Assembly: GCA_951406725.2 (NCBI GenBank)
Contig: OX597817.1
Coordinates: 90,024,001-90,088,000 of the forward strand
Source: Octopus vulgaris
Taxonomy: Eukaryota
Direction of reading: 5' to 3'
Length of the DNA: 64,000 bases
The position numbers and the translations under genes were made by a program. Shown here piece after piece: positions 52,333-64,000 of this stretch; the stretch's first letter is position 1; the number at the start of each line of letters is the position of its first letter. The notes beneath the pieces were generated by a model that did no database searches, had not been told where the DNA came from, and worked only from the letters and a program-made list of their open reading frames with translations.

Positions 52333-53128
52333 GACATTTCATCCATTCAAATTCTGGCATGGTTAACTTTGCCTTTCATCCTTCCAGAGTTGATAAAATA
52401 AGTACCAGTTGAACACTAGGGTCAATGTAATTGACTTACTCTCTCTCCCAAAATTTCAGGCCTTGAACCTAGAGTAGAAAGAATTGTTATTTTTATTATT
52501 AAGGCTGCGAGTTGGTGGAATCTTTAGTACTTTAGACAAAATACTTTGCAATGTTTCTTTCAGCTCTTTACATTTGGGATAAAATTCTACTGAAGTGAAA
52601 CCTTGTCTTTCATCCTTCTGGCATTAATAAAGTCAAGTAGAGGGATCAATGTAATCAACTAATCCACTGCACCTAAAATCAATGATATTGTGCGAAAATT
52701 AGAAAATTATTATTATTATTTCCTGTCAAGGACTTGTGGCAGTCTCCTTTTGCACCTATCCATCTCTGATGTTCATAGCATCAACTGTTGTACAGTTTTC
52801 TGCTGTTGTTTAGCTCCAGATCAACTTTAAATGTGCAGAACTCATAATCCAAAGCCATGACAATTACATCTTCTTATATAGTCTTGACATAATGTATTCA
52901 TGACCACATTATCCATCTATGAATTTCTTCCAAGACAGTAAGGTGTGGTTTGGAAATTTTGCTTAACAACTACATAGAACCCCTCTGGCTCCGCAAACTT
53001 CCTGTTGTATAAGTTGGCTGTGTATCACACCTCAGATCTTACTTTTGTGATAACAATAGAACCTTTGCAGAGGTTTATACTGAAACCTGGTCATTGTCTA
53101 CCCAGAAAGAGCTCATTTCATTTGTTAA

Positions 53129-53558
53129 TCCTTTAGCATTCAGACTTCTCTGTCAAATGTAATACTTATTTATTTACATTCATATGAATTAGTTATGCAT
53201 TACCTTATAACTAAGATTTCAATGATATGACTATTTTAAGAATAATATTCTTTTCTACTCGAGGCACAAGGCCCAAAATTTTGGGGGAGGGAGCTAGTCG
53301 ATTAGACCAGTGCACAACTGGTACTTCATTTATTGACCCCCAAAAGGATGAAAGGCAAAGTCGATCTTGGCAGAATTTGAACTCAGAATGTAAAGACACG
53401 AAATTCCGCTTAGCATTTCGCCCAGCATATTTCGCCCAGCATGCTCACTTTTCTGCCAGCTTACCGCTGGGTAAGCGCTAGAGGCTGAATCTGAACAATT
53501 TGGAGATAAATCAAGTAGATTATGTTGGTCAGAACTGGCCAGTTAAAATGCTAAAGAA
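53129..53558 (+). mobile_element. piggyBac-type MITE copy D, interrupted by an antisense SINE (~53243-53468)
   Basis: TTAA|TCCTTTAGCATTCAG start and AATGCTAAAGAA end. The middle is a minus-strand Meta-like SINE. Confidence 0.7.
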
Positions 53559-55967
53559 CTAAACAGGATGTAATGATTGAGGTGGGTTACTTTACAAATA
53601 TACATAATTTGAAAGGAACATGAAGAGGAAGGAGAAGAAATGGTTGGCTGTTAGAGAGAATTCCTTAAGATACAGAGTTACAATCTCTTGCAATCTAAGT
53701 TGAAATCTTGCCTAATTTGACTTTACCAGTCATCTTTGCAGGGTTAATAAAATAAAGTACCAGTCAAGTACTGATGGTGGCCTGATCAGATGTTCATTAA
53801 TGGCTTGTTACCAATTGATGTACACATAGAGGGGCATACAGGCATCGCACCAGGTAGGATATGCAACATAAAGGGGCTCTTAGTTTTATGTTGTCTGATG
53901 ACAAAGGAAATGAACTTATACATTAGTCAACTGATATATGTGTGTGTGTGTATATATATATATATATGTGTGTGTGTATAGATAAGTGTATGTGTATGTA
54001 TGTACAGGAGATTGCTGTGGATAATTTCTTACATTTGTACAAAAGAAAGAGAATATATTTAAAAATAACAGGTTGTTAACTGTAAATTTTTTAATTTGTA
54101 AAAAGATACATGTATATAGTGTGTGTGTATACATATCTGTATGTATGTGTATATATGTGTGAGTGGGTATGTGTATATATATAAATATATATGTAATACA
54201 TATAATGTATGTAAGGTGTCAACCCTTTTTGTATATGCATATGCATATTGAGTATATATATATATAATTATACATACATATATGCATATATGTATATATT
54301 GCATGTGTAACATAATTATGTTTCCAGAGAGAGAAGACTGATGAAGGAACACAGTTGTTGTACAGTAAATAGATAATACAACAGTTTAATATCAACAATA
54401 GCTACTGCTTCTGTGTACCAACCACCATTACTCTTTGTGTACTTCGACCACTGCTCCTGCAATATTTACCTAAACTCCTCTTGATATCATTACTTCCCCA
54501 CCACCACCAACAACAGATCATTTATCTCTCTAGTCACAAATGGTTCACTATATTCTCATGTGTACACAACACAAAATGATATATTAAAATTATTCCAACA
54601 TATTCTGTTTGTCTTTTACCTTATGATTGTATGTATCTTTAAATCTTTTATTTGTTTCAGTTATTGGACTGCTGCCATGCTGGGGCACCGCCTTGAAGAG
54701 TTTAGTCAAACAAATCGTTCCTAGTAGTTATTTCTTTTTGAAGCTTAGTACATACTCTATCAAACTCTTTTACTGAACCTCTAATTTACAGAGACAAATC
54801 AATCCAACGCCAGTTGTCAAGTGGTGGAGGCTCACACATACGCACATACTACAAGTACCCATTTACCGAATCCAATCTCAAGGCTGGGGTTATAGTGGAA
54901 GACACTTGTCCAAAACCTGTTTTTCTTGGTATGATAAGAAATGGTGCCTTTTCTCTCTTCTCATTCTTTTTTTTTTTTTTTTTTTCTGTGGTGTTTCGAG
55001 TATCTTTTTTTTTTTTTTTTGTTTCAGACACTAGACTGCTTGGGCACCACCTTGAAAACCCCCGGTACTTATTTTTGAAAGCCTGATACTTGCCCTATCA
55101 GTCTCTTTATGCTAAGTTATGGGCATGTAAACAAACCATTACCAGTTGTCAAGTGGCAGTGGGGGACTAACACACACACATATATATGATAGGCTTTTTC
55201 CAGTTTCTGTTTACCAAACCCACTCACAAGGCTTTGGTTGGCCTTAGGCTATGGTAGAAGATACTTACCCAAGGTACTAAGCAGTGGGACCAAACTCAGA
55301 ACCATGTGGTTGGGAAGCAAACTTCTAACCACACAGCCATGTCTGAGGCCTTTAATGTAACTTTTTTTATTTTGGAGAGAAAAAGTGTGCTGTCTTGATG
55401 GCTTCTGGTGAAATTGTCCTCCTCCTTCTGTTAGTACATCTAGGAGGTCTGTCTTCTCTGAAATTTTAACCTCACCAATTTTTCTTCCTTTTTGGGTCAA
55501 CATCTCTGATATGCTAATTTTACCAATTCTCTTCTCTGTACTTTTATTGCATCTGTGAAATCATTCAATGGGATTCTAACCTTACCAATTCTTCCTGTAG
55601 TGAAATGTCTTTGTGACATTCTGTCACATTTAACCTTCGTGATCACAGTTTACTGAGAGCTTTGTCAACAATGTTTGATACAACACTTCCACATCGACAT
55701 TTTGCCTGCTCTAAACCTATAAATACATTTAGTTCTAATCATGCTTATTTTCAGAACAAAAGAATAAGATTAAGCAGAGATTGTTAAATAATAATGAATG
55801 TGAAACCAGTTTTTCCATTCCTTAAGCTGATTTACCAAGTATTCTGAGTATATGCTTCAACTTTCATTTCATAACAAGGTTTATCTATGTTTTAAACAGA
55901 TACTTAAGTTTACATACTTATATACACAAACAATAACACATACACCTGTATGTATGTACGTATGTTG

Positions 55968-56297
55968 AGACTCCCTTCGGTCATGATTGACCATGGGATT
56001 GCACCAAGAAAGTTACCCTCCCAGGCACAAGTCCGAGCAAGGTTGTTTATGGAAGACCAGCAGTCACCCATGCATACCAGCCTCTCCTCTCCACGCCACC
56101 AGTGTTATCCAAGGGAAAGGCAAAGGCCGATACAGCTTGACACCTGTGACGTTGCAACTCATTTCTACAGCTGAGTGAACTGTAGCAACGTGAAATAAAG
56201 TGTCTTGCTCAAGAACACAACACGCAGCCCGGTCCGGGATTTGAACCCACACCCTCACAATCGTAAGCTTGACACTTTAACCACTAAGCCATGCGCC
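55968..56297 (-). mobile_element. Well-preserved tRNA-derived CORE-like SINE
   Basis: The minus strand starts ggcgcatggcttagtggttaaag (A box) ... gggttcaaatccc (B box) ... tgcgtgttgtgttcttgagcaagacac. Flanked by (TATG)n. Confidence 0.88.
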
Positions 56298-56624
56298 TTC
56301 ACATGTATGTATGTATGTATGTATCTATCAACACAAGGCTTGAGAGTTTATGTAATACTACCATACCAGAAACATACATTTTTCAATTTATATGTTATTG
56401 ATTATCAATTAAAAATGTTGAAGCTTATTTCCAGTCATTGAAGAGAAACAACAGACAAAATATGAAAGAGCACATGAGAGGCATCACTTCTCTGTTGCAT
56501 CAAGTATAAAAGCAGTCGTCATAGCCCACATGTGAGTCTGGCAGAGATGATTGCTGAACAAGAACAGTCAACGTTGACTTACAATGGACATCCAAAGAAG
56601 AAGAGAAAGACATATATATGTATG

Positions 56625-56654
<30 letters not shown>

Positions 56655-56657
<3 letters not shown>

Positions 56658-56943
56658 GGCCTCACAGAGATAATGACAAGTGTCTGAGACTTTTGTCAAT
56701 ATACCATACTTGACAAGATTTGTCAAGCCAAGTGAAATCATAGTCACATAACTGGTACCTGTGTTGGCAGCACATAAAAGCACCCATTACACTCTTGGAG
56801 TGGTTGGCATTAGAAAGGGCATCCAGCTATAGAAACCATGCCAAATCAGATTGGAACCTGGTGCAGCTCTCCAGCTTACCAGTTCCAGTCAAACCATCTA
56901 ACCCGTGCCATCATGAAAAGCAGGCAATAAATGATGATGATGA
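56655..56943 (+). mobile_element. 5'-truncated RTE-like LINE end: last ORF codons plus 3' UTR plus (GAT)n
   Basis: LGLTEIMTSV*DFCQYTILDK (a decayed L....A.DR..W-type RTE terminus) runs directly into the ggagtggttggcattagaaagggcatccagc tail family. Confidence 0.65.
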
Positions 56944-57109
56944 TATATATAATCAAAGGTACTAAAACAATCTACTTGGAAGGAACTTGAAGGGCAGTGT
57001 AATCCAAGGGTAGAGTAATCTGGTGTAGGGAAATCCAAGAATTTGGTACTCAAATAATTATTGGAAGGATGTAGAAGTTTTGTGTGAGTATGCAATAATA
57101 GGCAAATTG

Positions 57110-57382
57110 AAAATTAAAAATAACAAAAGTCAAAAGGATTTGCACAAGGAATGTTTTAGCTTGATGCTCAGTAAAAATGGAAAGAAGAGTAGGTGTATAA
57201 AACCACACGTGCTTTTCCTGGACTATTTTTTCTTTCTCCAGACCTTTCTCCTCTTTTTGACAAGGTGTTATACCTGAAACGTTATACACTTCTTTATTCT
57301 ATCTTTACTGAGCATCCAGTCAAAGCATCCCATGTGCATGTCCTTTTGACTTTTGTTTTGTTATTTATTATTTTTAATTCTT
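57110..57382. mobile_element. Small diverged foldback (~90-bp arms) with a degenerate hammerhead-like motif
   Basis: aacaaaagtcaaaaggatttgcaca...gatgctcagtaaa versus tttactgagcatc...tgtgcatgtccttttgacttttgtt. TTGACAAGGT-GTTAT-ACCTGAAACGTT at 57257-57283. Confidence 0.6.
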
Positions 57383-58890
57383 GATTTGACTTGAAATTGA
57401 GCCTAAATCATTTGAAACACAAGCCTGAGATCGTACCAAGTAGTGGTGTTCCATCACCATCAGAACCCAAAACTTCAAAGTGACCAGAAGAGAAAAGGAA
57501 GAAATCAAATGACAATAGAGAAAGGCTCAACAAAATCAACCTCATCCTCCACCAACATTACTATGTAGTCAATGCCATTGTTTCTTCTATGCAAGAATTG
57601 GTCTACAGAGTCATCAACAGTATCACCATAAAGAAGTGTTTAGCAAAGAAAAAGAAAAATACTTGGATACAAGATAAAGTCAATGATATATATGCATATA
57701 TATATATATATAGCATTCTGTATATTTCCCATGAAATGGATATGCCATAGAAAGCCAAAAAATTATGGTTATTGTCTTGAGAAATTATCTTGTATAGCCA
57801 TATAATGCTAAAAAGCACAGAAGTATACAATGTCTTTTGCTACTATATGTCTCTACAAGATGCTTTCTCAAGATAAATACCACAACTTCATTGCTTTCTA
57901 TGGTATATCAACATTAAGTAAGATGTACAGAATGTTATTTTGAACTAATACTGCTTCAGTTGCTAATAACAAATATATGTGTGTGTAATGGATTCTTATT
58001 TTCTTCTCTCAGTACATAAAAGAAGTTTTTTTTTACTCGGTGATTTGCCATCTTACCATGCACTTAATGTTGGTATCTTGAAAACTTAAAAACAAAATGA
58101 CAGAGTGACAAAAATATTATACAATGTATTCAAGGGTTTTGCAGTACTTTTTCCTAACTCACAAGAGGATGTGAATGTAGCAATATGAGATGGGTAAACA
58201 TTCTTCAGTTTTACATCACTCCTGCTGCTACTTAACCACTGTCAGTTAAACTTGCTACAGTGATGAATGTGTGTTACCAGTTTATTGCTAAGAAGATTGT
58301 TATAGTGATGGAATATATCTCTTTAATACTAAATTAGCTTTGTGTTGCAATAAACATTACCTTCATATAGCATAGTATTGCTAAGTAGAGTGGTTACATC
58401 AGTGAGCTTATATCTCTGCATTGTATCTTAGTAAAAATGGTTACAACTGTGGATATCCCAGCCTGTCAAAACAGGCAGCAACTCTGAATGAGAACTTACT
58501 CAGATCATGCTGACCCATTCAGTCCTTGTCATCATGGAAAGTGGATGTAAATTGTTTATGATGATGATAAGTGGTGAAAATTGACCTAAAGAGGCTGAAC
58601 TTCATAAAGGCGATGACAAAAACTGAAACAAGTGATGACATATTGTGCTTGAGAAGATCCATTCAACCCATGCAAGTATGGATGGAAAGATGGACTTTAA
58701 AAAGTGATGATGGTGATGTATAATATCTACATTTGGGATTCTCTCATTACTGCTCATTACTTAAAATGAACCTCTTTACTATCTTTCTCTCATCCATTCC
58801 ACTGCTTCTGCAATAATGGCTGGTAATTGCATTGGTTCTATGTCTCTTCAGTCTTCTTACCATCATTCATCCTTATTGCATCTCTCCCTT

Positions 58891-58894
<4 letters not shown>

Positions 58895-58939
<45 letters not shown>

Positions 58940-58950
58940 CTCTCTCTCTC
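58895..58950. repeat. (CT)n microsatellite
   Basis: Direct reading. Confidence 0.95.
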
Positions 58951-60299
58951 AATTACATCACCATGTCACCCTCTCTTTTCATTTCACTTGTTACTTTTAT
59001 CCAATCTCTTTACCAATAATCCAATTCTCTGGTACCCTTCCATTATGGGAGCTAGTCAGGGGGCACTGGCATCAGTCATGTTCGGATGGTGCTTTTTATG
59101 TGCCACCGGCATGGGAGCCAGTCAGGTGGACCTGGCCTCGACCATGTATATACATATAGTCAACAGATGAGATTCAGAGATTCTCCATATAGAAAACACT
59201 AAGTAGCACTCAGATGATTTGAACATAGACTCCAGTATCTTTATGAGGGACCAATTTAGTGGGGTAAAGAGTAGCTATAAGAGGAATCAAGGTGAGCAGA
59301 TAAGGAGGCAATTATGCAGAAAGACAAACTGAATATAGCAGCTTAGATGTGATGTACAATATATATATATATATATGTATGTGTGTATGTGTGTGTGTGT
59401 GTGTTCATGTGTGCGTGTGTGCATGCATGCGTGCGTGCGTGCATGTGTGTATGTATGTATGTATGTATGTATGTATACAAGCAGAGTGCAAAGACTGAAG
59501 ATTTGCAGATGATGAATATTTAAGTAAATATATAAATAGATATTTATATTAATGGATTAAACTTTTATACAGAGTAACTAAAGAACAGCGAAAATTAAAA
59601 GGGAAGAGGTAAGCTGTTTCTGGGGGCTTGGGGGTCCATCATAACTAACAGACATACATACACACATGCACACACACACACACACACATTACTGGCATAC
59701 TGAAGTAGAGATTAGCTAAAGCAGACACTTGGATGTTTTACTCTCCAGTGTAATTTCTCCCACCTCTGAGTAACTGATTACAATAAATGGTATTACTGAG
59801 AGTTGATATAACTTTAAGAGCGCAGGCATGGTCATATGATTATGACATCTGTTTGGTAGTTATGGAAGTATTTGGACCAGCTCACCAGTCACAACTTTAT
59901 CTGTACCTTCCACTCACTGCTCTCAGAGACCTGAAGATCACAGTATTATCTTTTTACTCATCAAATCATGACAAAACAAAGTTGTTTTGGTTGTTGCTGA
60001 GCATTGGAGTAACTGAGTTTTAGTATAAAGCTGTTTATTAGTATTACTGAATATTGGTATAGCAGAGTATTTGTATTACTCAGTATTGATATAGCTACTT
60101 ATTAGTGCTATTGAGTATCAAGTGTAATTTTTTATGACAGTATTATCAACTGTTTATGTACTAGGAGTAGAATACAAAGTTTATTGGCCTTCTTGGAGTT
60201 TCTGAGGAGAAGAACCTTAGGAAGCTGAACTTTTCAGGTGAGATGACAAAAGAACTTAAATATCTGGCACCTGCTTTAGCTAATCTCTACTTCAGTATG

Positions 60300-60635
60300 C
60301 CAGCAATACCTCAAGAAAACCTGTACTGTGTTGGTGGTGTAAAGCACTCATGGTGTTGCCACATAAAAGCACCGATGTGGAATCACGTAAAAGCGTCCAT
60401 GCAGTATCATGTGTCTGTGTAGCACCATGTAAAAGTGTCCATGCAGTGCCACATAAGAGCACATTCTGAAAAGTGGTTGGCGTTAGGAAGGGCATCGGCT
60501 GCAGAAACCATGCTAAATCAGATTGAAGTCTGGTGCAGCTTCTCAGCTAGCCAGCTATGGTCAAGCCTTTCACCTCATGCCAGCATAGACAACAGGCATT
60601 AAATGATGATGATAATGATGATGATGATGATGATG
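60300..60635 (+). mobile_element. RTE-tail family repeat with degenerate internal units and a (GAT)n tail
   Basis: gtggttggcgttaggaagggcatc core, preceded by repeated (c/t)gtaaaag(c/t) units. Confidence 0.75.
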
Positions 60636-60657
60636 CAGATCCAGATTCCATTTTGTT

Positions 60658-61003
60658 AATGGACATGCTTACAAAATAAAAAACAAAACAATACAGCACC
60701 CATGACTTTTGGAAACATTTTTTCACATTCAGATTAGCTGAAGCATGGAATAAACCACCTACATCAGTTGTTAGCAATCGAGACTCTACATTTATCAAAA
60801 CTTTCATGCTTCCTGAAATTCACCAACAGTATACCTAAGGCCCCATCATCCCACATTTCTTCTTTTTTTCTTTCTTTTTTGAAGAGTTATTCACTGTTCA
60901 CTTACTGTGCATATTGTATGTACAGTTCCTGCAGTTTTGGTTACTTCTTCTGATGACTTGTAGTGCACCTGAGTACTGAATACAATAAGTTCATTATTAT
61001 TAT
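60658..61003 (+). mobile_element. CR1/L2-like LINE 3' end
   Basis: GHAYKIK...STHDFWKHFFTFRLAEAWNKPP.SVV matches the RGH..KL...R..FF..RV...WN.LP..VV terminus. The tail gtagtgcacctgag..tacaataa..(ATT)n recurs inverted at 63065-63130. Confidence 0.7.
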
Positions 61004-61017
61004 AGTCTACGGCTGAC

Positions 61018-61200
<183 letters not shown>

Positions 61201-61469
61201 GGTGAATGGATTGGTAGATAGCTGTTTTTGCTAATGCATCTACTTCATGCAAAGAATCTTCTGTATTTGCAACAGAATTGTCTGTGTTGTTTTTTCAGCT
61301 TCTGTCTACTCATGATCTTTTCTTTCACTCTGCATTGGTCTCAGCACTTCTTCTGGTACCTTTGACTGTCCAGTTTAATGCTTCATGTATTAGCTGGTCT
61401 ACAGGATAGGAACAAAGCATTTAGCCCAACCATTCCCTTCTATTTTTTCTTATTATTTCTTCATATCAA

Positions 61470-62120
61470 AGGCATTGAACTGGCAGAATTATTAATGTGT
61501 TGGGCAAAATGCTTAGTGGCTTTTTATCTGGCATTCTGAGTTCAAATTCTGAGATTGACTTTGCTTTTCATCCTTTTGGGGTAAATAAAATGAGTACTAG
61601 TTGATATAATTAACTTACTCACTCCCCCTGAAATTGCTGGCCTTGTGCTAAAATTTGAAACTATTATTTTTTCACATAAAAGGTAACAAACTAGCAGAAT
61701 CATTATGGTGTCAGACAAAAAGGCTAAGTGGCATTTCTTCTGGATTTACATTATGATTTCATTACATTATGGTGCCTGTATTAGAATTATTTCTTCACAA
61801 AAAGATAATTAGGTAGAAAACTAGGGAGATTCATTTGGGTTTTACAAAGGAATGATGCATGTATTGAATAGGTTTTATTTAGAGACATCTTGCTTTTTAA
61901 TTAGATATACTGCTATAAGGAGCTGACAGAATCTGCACACCAGGCAAAATGCTTAGTGGCATTTCATCCGTCTTTATGTTCTGAGTTCAAATTCCACTGA
62001 GGTCAACTTCGCCTTTCATCTTTTTGGGGTTGATAAAATAAGTACCAGTTGAACATGGGGTCATTGTAATTGACTTGCCTGCTACCCTGTTGGCCTTGTG
62101 CCAAAATTGTAAATCAATTA
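61470..62120 (+). mobile_element. Cluster of Meta-like SINE copies
   Basis: Copies start at about 61470, 61680 (partial) and 61917. Confidence 0.8.
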
Positions 62121-62255
62121 GATACACTGCTATAGAGGATGGAAAGATTTAGGATAAAATTTAGTCTCATGAGTTGAGACTTATAAACATGTTGCTATGT
62201 TAAAAGGAAATATGCACAGGATATTTATTACATTTGCCACCAAAAATTTACTATA

Positions 62256-63020
62256 TGAGGTGGTATCAAAAAGTTCTAGTAAATAACTTATTTACTTAAG
62301 TTTTAACATCATCTCCTTCAAAATAGTCACCTTGCGCAGCAATACACTGGTCCTAGCATTTCTGCCACTTTTGGAATCCGGCTGGAAGCTATTTTCCATT
62401 AGCAAGTCAAAGACCTTCTGCGATTCACTCTGGATCTCTATATCAGTGTTAATACAGTGACCTTAGAGCTGCATTTTCATCTTAGGGAAGAGATGGAAGC
62501 CTGCAGATGCAAAATCTGGCAAACAGGGTAGGTGCAGAAGTGATACCATGTTGTTTTTGGCAAGAAACTCACAAGTGAGGACAGCTCAGTGACAGGGTGC
62601 ATTGTCATCATGAAGAATCCAATTCTTCATGCTCCACAGATCTGGTCACTTATGCCGAATGTCCTCCCTCAACAAAATGTCACAGTAGAACTCTTGATTG
62701 ACAGTCTGGCCTAGGGGAATGAATTCTCAGTGCACAATACCACATTTCCAAAGATGACGCTTGTGGTAGGTCTTCCAGGTATGTTCTTCCACTTCTGAAG
62801 TGCCCATGCCACTTGAAACATTATGTACGATCCATTGCTTCATCGTTGTAAGCTAGCCAAAGCATGCTCAATGTCTCTGTAGTTTAATGCAAAATTTGAC
62901 ATTGGCATTTTGTTCCTATCTATGATGAGTCACTACTAGCTCTCACTATGCACTCCACCATGTGCTGTCATCTGTTGGCAGGCTACAGAACTAGTCTGTA
63001 AACTTTTTGATACCACCTCA
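62256..63020 (-). mobile_element. Internally deleted, decayed mariner transposon (765 bp)
   Basis: TA TSDs and perfect 20-bp TIRs TGAGGTGGTATCAAAAAGTT. Minus-strand peptides WILHDDNAPCH, HLPCLPDFASAGFHLFPKMK (decayed HPPYSPDLAP.D) and FQKWQKC*DQCIAAQGDYFEGD. Confidence 0.92.
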
Positions 63021-63064
63021 TATTGTAGTGCCTCAATAAAAGCTGGTTAGTTGAAGTCATATTC

Positions 63065-63560
63065 AAATAATAATAATAATATAATAATGAAATTATTGTG
63101 TATAGTGCTCAGGTACACTACAACTCATCAAAGGTGCATGTACAGTACACAGAATTATGTACAAAAGTCAGTAACGTGAACAGTGTATGAGTCATGATAT
63201 ACATTAATGACATAGATGCCAACTTAAAGAATGTCACAGTGCTGAAATATGCAGCTGACATCAAGCTGTATCATCAGATAAAAAGGACAGAGCCTGAACC
63301 CTTAAGATTTTTCCTGCAATTGGACCTGGACACAATGCAATAATGGATCACAGACTGGTTTTTGTTACTGCCCACAAAGGACAGATTGGCAATGATTATA
63401 GCATGATCAAAGTTGCTTAAAGGTTCCTCAATAGTAACACTAATAACTGTTTCAGGAGTAGTAGTAAGGAGTAGATCCAAAGTTTTGGCAGAAGATACAC
63501 TGAAGAAGACTTAATTTTTGTTGTAATAAATTGTTCAAGGGAGCATGTTCTGTTGGTGAC
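63065..63560. mobile_element. Rearranged CR1-like LINE fragments (3' tail minus, RT piece plus, endonuclease piece minus)
   Basis: Plus 63226-63358 reads KNVTVLKYAADIKLY...LQLDLDTMQ*W..DW (YADD box). Minus 63359-63480 reads LDLLLT...V.IEEPLSNFDHAII (APE SDH box). Confidence 0.7.
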
Positions 63561-64000
63561 CTTTGCAGACTAGCTAGGTTGACACCATCCTGTACATCTT
63601 CAGGAAAAACATGTTTTACATGTCATTCAACTTGGCTTTCCCCCAAGTAAGAGAATCTTTTTTTGGTTACCAAAAAAAAAAAAGATCCCTGGACTTTTTC
63701 CACTTTACTACTGTATTTTCACAACAATTCTCTATTGATAATTTGGTTATCTAAGAAACAAAAACTGTCAATTATTTCTTGTAACCTTCTCAGAAGTTGA
63801 AAAAATCTATTTTATAGGTCTTCTTAGCTGATAAACCTGCCAGTGATCTCACCACAGCTTGTTATTAGCTCTCCTTAACTTGCTGACTAGATCCCACCAC
63901 ACATGACGAGCATTCTTTAGTTTCCTTAGTGACCAACAGACTATAGAGTGATATCCTGTCAGAGGCTTTCTCCAGGTTAAGGAATGTCAGGTATAGCCAC

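Noticed and set aside
55968-56297. tRNA-like sequence with A and B boxes
   Set aside because: It continues into a SINE body repeated elsewhere (42117, 26488), and no complete cloverleaf is evident. It is a SINE head, not a tRNA gene.
56420-56530. Possible second GIY-YIG remnant (QSLKR...MKEHMRGI)
   Set aside because: Too short and lacking the upstream CxxC/YIG elements.

Overview
AT-rich, microsatellite- and SINE-dense animal genomic DNA. The repeat landscape suggests an octopus/cephalopod (inference). The first 30.6 kb holds the 3' part of one spliced + strand gene: 10 exons joined by GT-AG introns with consistent phases, 464 codons including the stop. It encodes a low-complexity region, about 4 ankyrin repeats and a C-terminal beta-rich domain that follows vertebrate MPHOSPH8/MPP8 (HUSH complex) down to the last residues. 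The N-terminus lies upstream of the window. I could not support a second protein-coding gene. The rest is transposon-derived: several tRNA-derived SINE families (often stacked head-to-tail), RTE and CR1-like LINE remnants, an internally deleted piggyBac, piggyBac-type MITEs, a mariner relic and Penelope-like remnants. The most striking unexplained signal is a ~250-bp-arm foldback element at 37.5-38.4 kb. One arm carries a complete minimal type I hammerhead ribozyme motif and the other a degenerate copy. Two more hammerhead-like motifs and a decayed GIY-YIG domain occur elsewhere in the window. Almost all ORFs in the supplied track are spurious microsatellite or repeat translations.
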